51,301 nt of DNA from a virus (Duplodnaviria > Caudoviricetes), in IMG/VR virus record IMGVR_UViG_3300044606_000240, positions 1 through 51,301 of that record, one strand, 5' to 3'. Position numbers and translations under genes: made by a program. Under the pieces are notes generated by a model, which saw nothing but the letters and a program-made list of their open reading frames with translations, had not been told where the DNA came from and searched no databases. This document shows positions 47,901 through 51,301 of this stretch, piece after piece (positions within the stretch are counted from its first letter, which is position 1; each line of letters starts with the position of its first letter).

Positions 47901-50860
47901 TTCTAATAGCTAATCTTGAGGACAGGTTAATGTCGTTCGGACAGGAGAGATGGGGAATAGCCAAGCCTTTTAAGGCTCTGACTTTACCAGAATATAAGAG
48001 TTTTGTAAGAGAATTAGCAAGGCTGGATAGAGCCAAAACAAATGGAATGGAATTAGACAAATCTGATTATTACTGGATACCGGAGAGATTCGATGCCAAA
48101 CACAGGCAATATGATTATGGTTATACTGAGTCTGTTATTAAATACTGGAATGGAGAAGGTATTAAGGAAGCTGTAATCAGGGAACCGTTAAGCAGAATGG
48201 GCAAGAATACCAGGTCTCTTATGACTGGCGCTAAAATGAAGGATGAATATGTAGCTGCTGTTCAGAAAAGAATACTTGAGGATTCATATATATCTAAAAT
48301 ACAATCTGATTTAAACAGGCAAATAGCAGGTTCAGGAGATGATTTGTTCTCAATTGCTATTGCAAGAAGAGAAAGTGGTTTAAAGGGAAAAGTATATAAA
48401 GATAATCTCAGACAGGCTGATAAGTTATTTAATGAAAAGTATAAAGATAAAAAATTTAATCTTTCAAAAGCTGATGGTTCTACAGTAGCAAGAACAGCAG
48501 ATGAAATAATAAATGGTATATCTGCGGAAGTAACCAGGCATGCTAAAGAAGCATGGAAACTTGTATTTGATAAAGCAGTCATGGAAAAATGGATTAGTCC
48601 ATATTCTGCAAGTAAAATGATTGATAATTATCAGGGTATAGATTGGCTTGATACAGAAAAAGCTATACCCCAAATTGCAAGCAAATTTATTTCTGGCAGC
48701 AGAGATATACCTTTTGTAACATTAAATGGCATAGATAGGCTTATACATTCTCACATGGCTATGCATCATAATTTCAGTGTATTCGAAGTTGATCCTATAA
48801 CTTCTGCACCAAGATGGGTTACCAGGAGAGCCATAGACCTTAAATTATTTACTGACAGAGTTAACTTTCTGAATGCAAGAGCAGCAGAAACAACTACTGG
48901 CGAAATCACTCTGCCTAATGGAGAGAAACAAGTAATATCTGTGCCTAAATATGCCTGGTTAAGTTACAGAAGTGATTTTACAGATTCAGAAGTATTCAGG
49001 GAATGGCAGAATCATTACTGGCCTCACAGAGATATTCCTAAAAAGTTTATGGAACAGAGGATGCAGGAAGAATTAGTTCAGGCACAGGCAGCTAATGATC
49101 TTAAAACAGTAGCAGATATAAGACTTAAATATGCAAGAGCTTATGGTGATGATATACTTGAAGATGCTGGCAGAACTGAAAATACTCTAAGTGTATTAGA
49201 GGGTGGAGTTACAGAAAAAGAAATGACACAAACACATTTTTTCTCTTCTCCGGGTTCTTTAATGAATAGGGACAAGGAAAATCCCCTGCCTGGTTATAGT
49301 ACCAAATTAAAAGCATGGGTAGATTATGAAACGGGTTTAGCTTCTACATACTGGAATAAATTAACTGCTCTTGTAACAGACTGGAATATAAGACAGTTTA
49401 CACATGAATCTGCTATTGGCAAAAATGATATAGGAAAAGAGAATGCTGTGCAGTGGGAACGCTTTATGCGTAATACAGTAAGAGAGGTATTGGGATATCC
49501 TTCAAGATTTCCAGATAGCTGGATAGATGATCCTGGCTCTAAAATCAAGGGACATCCATATTATTGGTTAACTAATGATTATTGGTTAAGAAAAGGTAAG
49601 ATGGCAGATAAATTTTTTGGTGTGGATAAGAACTCTCCGCAGGCGGTAAAAGATGCTGTTAAAAACAGGAAACTGGCTGCGTTGAGTAATGTAGAAGGTA
49701 AAGCGCAGATGATGTCCTTACTATTTTCTCCAAAATCATTTCTAACCAATCTTATTACAGCCAATATAAACACCGTTATATCTGCTGGCTGGAGATTCCG
49801 TAAAATGGCAAGTGATTTAGCATTGCTAAAGTCCATAAATCCTAAATGGCAGAACTGGTCTGATATAGAAAGAGATATAGATCTGCTTGGCGGTATAGAA
49901 TCCTTTATCAGGAATGAAGCTGCTCTTAGTCAGAGATTTACATCCGAACAGGCTAAAAGGTTTATGGAAAAGGCTATTGCCTATATTAAAAAAGATAAGA
50001 ATCTTAATGATAAATCTTTGTATGAAATAGCCAAAGAAGAAGGATTAACAGAGGAATTCGTTAATACCGGTGCTTATTTTATGCGTAAATCAGAACGTAT
50101 GGGAAGAAGAGCTGCATGGCTTTCTCATTATTTAAAAGCAAGAGAAGTATTAGAAGCCTCTAATTATGCTTTTGAGTGGGATGATCCCTGGCTTATATCT
50201 TTTGCTAATAAAGGGGTTAATGCTACTCAGTTCTTATATAATAGTTCTAACAGACCTGCGTTTACAAGAACTTCGCTGGGTAAGATATTTACAAGGTTCC
50301 AGCTATTTGCATATAACTCCGTTATGTGGAGAAAAGATATAGTAAAACAGGCTGCTGAATCCGGGTGGAATTATAATTCACCCGAGTATCAGAAGTTCCA
50401 GAGAATGGCTACAGCAGATCTATTTGTAATGACATTGGCAACATTACTGCCTGCCAGTTTATTTAATGCTGCTTTGCCTCCTCCATATAATTATCTTAAA
50501 GATTTTACATCTTTCTTATTTGGAGATAAAGAAGAGCAGGAGAAAGCATTCTTTGGTATATTACCATACCCGGCTAATGTAGTACAGCCGATATTTCCGC
50601 CAGCATCAAGATATTTTACTTCCACATTCAGCAGCTTAATGACCGGTGACTGGGATAAGTTTACAGGCTATCATATATGGTCGTGGATGCCATTTGGCAG
50701 GGTAATGAATGATGCAAGAAGGGGATTGGATAACCCGGCTATGTTTATGGAAAGGAACTTCGGTATACCGGTAATTACACTGGCTACCGGCATGAGTAAA
50801 GCAAAGAAGAATTCAGAAGGTAAAGTTAATCTATCTGGTCTTCTCTTTGAGAATCCTTAA
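41972..50860 (+). CDS. giant virion protein, putative single-chain DPBB RNA polymerase with ART-like insertion
   Basis: HLDGGVFV, FVRVP and GADNDIDS (DxDxD, aa 1365-1369); LWRG/FFS/KEF insert; GAGGAG SD. Confidence 0.8.
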   Translation: MADQQLDLLNALYQSNPSYFSEEDISLLQTRNEQEDIPFQKIEDTRVVEDNLWNTVSRGMLMLHTGMLEGFTTLPVNDWVGLKPRNTAEQLFSSIGQLMGFIGGFIPGPGLLGKLGLTSAARGISMLGRTAKAAKIASEGKYFLQLKSLPMMGADLMMKGLNKATGGGAALEAVKFLGKGTVGRNLLGGGLHLGFASGIASAPIYDLSWDSFVDRRLEGAIHGGIFGAGNRAIGNLIGRGGKLDLGKVLFKGEPDELIALSKTGSQVAAKTLKNQDKINMFARALSSSLFFGMPSTLQDYPLELQVYEYLLNAYFGAKEMPLAQRTALELSRPFASNPVKRDMLLRPEKHIPNYDNLPDAVKNELQIQAEFQFGGTVNEFYNNTELAAAKTVDKVQQVLETQLNEGKINQKQYGELFKNWRINQVVEQAAKEGKTEEEVQQKITEKTEQLKDQLAEESFIKSQYEELMNSVLNKDLGDPNLQHQSIVQGNKELDDFYQQSGLARPYREPFREISKWISNKKGILIEDVASQVEIEKAVIKEAQQYLGKKDAGEAEWNSFKENIAKQANAELDDNITRELRRTWVKVKQSEQRLSLSVKADNSISEPSVITPEGLKRVPEFAPRPIMADLLIHESGLTTLREIKNYEQKDGTEIDIYRAIDEGLLTDKDLILKAYNTPLYANQDGKVIKLADNTAIYGGRKDEPVLLSGRFLIAKEDANRVIEEARPYVGKDYQKGLERFGIADKEAYDHIYANNIEMLRQFNGFDTVRELFEAKGKFITDPIALTKRFQVFNDHSPKLEPGYMKDIDDNFKFIILNARNSDGTFHSELEGSEYTFYAKDKDKKVQLFKYDAHLDGGVFVRDDVYNKMVSYFGYDTDTSSAKGVHIFKGDSGEPAIVDGYTRLWRGETSYEKGSTKVPDWVKDANKDKPRGIFFSASKEEANYYDQKFGNKSGNISYIDVPTADIEAYRASNNGGKQYTAQGMAVKEFFLPEELGEERISYKNNSQGGFIGKLAWHKASPELTKWMTENNIHAFHFDTTAKQRGARESADWQMKDGQFIFPKGFTVYDSPWESVSVNSAEDIHGAVEKYQKIAKTVSTNIDGSTELGRKAQKSYIDNFVKPKIYSSPEVSREIAGAIDLYSKNNIAEADKIADKIDIDSIGMQDKIRILNTTKVANKLWKKIVDDILNIDPVEDDLTYFDGIIENETLEYKDDFIKAKGTAQRYLDAIGDNLTPQLLQLPGIREYYEAALKRYFIEHTITPRTKYSAKLIFTPHDPFVTEKLGGIKPGYYYANDGLKSKIIPTSKGEMTLEEAYKAVPDELEHMFVRVPTSSASGVRLLKFGGFTDTAGYGFKVHPEEYFNMDGADNDIDSAFVYFDMPKEIKDYYRAQRDQWYEKAKYNGKDIKVSKEAKQNPEFLDKENTQPLYKFDPISYLEVNKSASQGKEQLGYGMSTGNRLKAIYDMLMNQKRGYLFGYTKNGEVAWRAKINKDRNIIEDLVRDVVNYSADAADGNKLKDKDQVQSLLFKKFFTNIESKDKKGIWRLLSPTATNKFTNNEGKEITYRLFNLKANPEYAAMMKLDSAAKGKEYRFGRPAIKYKFEDIIKIFKDYRETFENKIPNTWYGAMHELGTMEYQYKGISGWLGGRTNLGDWLQEFTEKWNKKLIRKYVGRFVVSTPKENLLKQRQLFIDRHRHLYGETPLELQRLNTTADRYESELAAQDLYDNASALYSIRTGAVLDKVVDGSKSITEIQKKVAEFQRDLGNIRKAKKNNTDYIKNDGIYNTDKLSRDVTEYYKTLTNNQPGKDYFEALLSSSLHIQEMSLAKYIEKEIRELKSVDKDSERARELRDIIKYKSKEWKSTNADTFFMNLDVISANTMKNIANVFQKLSDVTFQPVDWKKAATASITDAGGLAEVIGDVSREKVVIQTDTAKAKELVDSVDSILKRKSAILEAGKDKVLNAELESVNKVFQDILIRKPFLIANLEDRLMSFGQERWGIAKPFKALTLPEYKSFVRELARLDRAKTNGMELDKSDYYWIPERFDAKHRQYDYGYTESVIKYWNGEGIKEAVIREPLSRMGKNTRSLMTGAKMKDEYVAAVQKRILEDSYISKIQSDLNRQIAGSGDDLFSIAIARRESGLKGKVYKDNLRQADKLFNEKYKDKKFNLSKADGSTVARTADEIINGISAEVTRHAKEAWKLVFDKAVMEKWISPYSASKMIDNYQGIDWLDTEKAIPQIASKFISGSRDIPFVTLNGIDRLIHSHMAMHHNFSVFEVDPITSAPRWVTRRAIDLKLFTDRVNFLNARAAETTTGEITLPNGEKQVISVPKYAWLSYRSDFTDSEVFREWQNHYWPHRDIPKKFMEQRMQEELVQAQAANDLKTVADIRLKYARAYGDDILEDAGRTENTLSVLEGGVTEKEMTQTHFFSSPGSLMNRDKENPLPGYSTKLKAWVDYETGLASTYWNKLTALVTDWNIRQFTHESAIGKNDIGKENAVQWERFMRNTVREVLGYPSRFPDSWIDDPGSKIKGHPYYWLTNDYWLRKGKMADKFFGVDKNSPQAVKDAVKNRKLAALSNVEGKAQMMSLLFSPKSFLTNLITANINTVISAGWRFRKMASDLALLKSINPKWQNWSDIERDIDLLGGIESFIRNEAALSQRFTSEQAKRFMEKAIAYIKKDKNLNDKSLYEIAKEEGLTEEFVNTGAYFMRKSERMGRRAAWLSHYLKAREVLEASNYAFEWDDPWLISFANKGVNATQFLYNSSNRPAFTRTSLGKIFTRFQLFAYNSVMWRKDIVKQAAESGWNYNSPEYQKFQRMATADLFVMTLATLLPASLFNAALPPPYNYLKDFTSFLFGDKEEQEKAFFGILPYPANVVQPIFPPASRYFTSTFSSLMTGDWDKFTGYHIWSWMPFGRVMNDARRGLDNPAMFMERNFGIPVITLATGMSKAKKNSEGKVNLSGLLFENP

Positions 50861-51301
50861 AGCTTCGTCATCTATATATTTCTTGACATAACAGGCAATT
50901 TCCTCAATTTTCCTGGAGTGGAAATTCTTAAGGGCTATATTTTCTCTGAATAGCAGAAGATTATTAGCCCTTAACTCTTTTATAGTCATATTAAGAGCAC
51001 TGATAGCATTCTCTTTTGCCTGTCTTAGTTTCTCATAATATTCCAGCATGTGCTGATAAGAACGTATAATCTCTACGTATTCATTTACAGTTTCTATCTT
51101 TTCTGGCAGATTTACTCCATATACAGGAGCAAGTAATACTGTATCAAATCCTTCGCTTCTTAATTTATTCAGCATACTTTCCGGTGGTTTACCTTTTCCT
51201 TTAAGTATCTTATTCAGCCATGATGGAGATACTCCATATATCCTGGCTGCTTTAAGCTGGGTTTTATGTTCTGATTTTATATGTTGTAAAAGCTGTTTCA
51301 T
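50831..51301 (-). CDS. XRE-family HTH protein with coiled-coil C-terminus
   Basis: TQLKAARIYGVSPSWLNKILKGK..P; ATG at the window edge so the start is uncertain. Confidence 0.75.
   Translation of the reverse strand: MKQLLQHIKSEHKTQLKAARIYGVSPSWLNKILKGKGKPPESMLNKLRSEGFDTVLLAPVYGVNLPEKIETVNEYVEIIRSYQHMLEYYEKLRQAKENAISALNMTIKELRANNLLLFRENIALKNFHSRKIEEIACYVKKYIDDEALRILKEKTR

Noticed and set aside
1-51301. Stop-codon reassignment as in some crAss-like phages
   Set aside because: Long genes are intact in the standard code, TAA, TAG and TGA all end genes, and no suppressor tRNA was seen

Overview
AT-rich dsDNA tailed-phage sequence with podovirus-type architecture. It is probably a complete or near-complete, circularly permuted genome of about 51 kb from a Gram-negative host. 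Two arms diverge from a back-to-back promoter pair at about 17.5 kb. The left arm (minus strand) holds small accessory genes, including two tandem arrays of one small-protein family, two tRNA-Glu(CTC)-like elements, an M28-like peptidase, a circularly permuted Sak4/AAA_24 ATPase, an SSB-like protein, an AEP primase-helicase, Gp157 and a resolvase. The right arm (plus strand) holds terminase, portal and scaffold genes, a major capsid gene split by a group I intron with a LAGLIDADG endonuclease, tail and lysis genes (holins, GH24 lysozyme, unimolecular spanin), and ejection proteins. It ends in a 2962-aa protein with double-psi-beta-barrel RNA polymerase motifs and an ADP-ribosyltransferase-like insertion. 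I recognised no integrase or family A/B DNA polymerase. A dif-like Xer site at 190-217 would sit next to an XRE-HTH gene if the genome is circular. All calls are from motif reading by eye; no searches were run.
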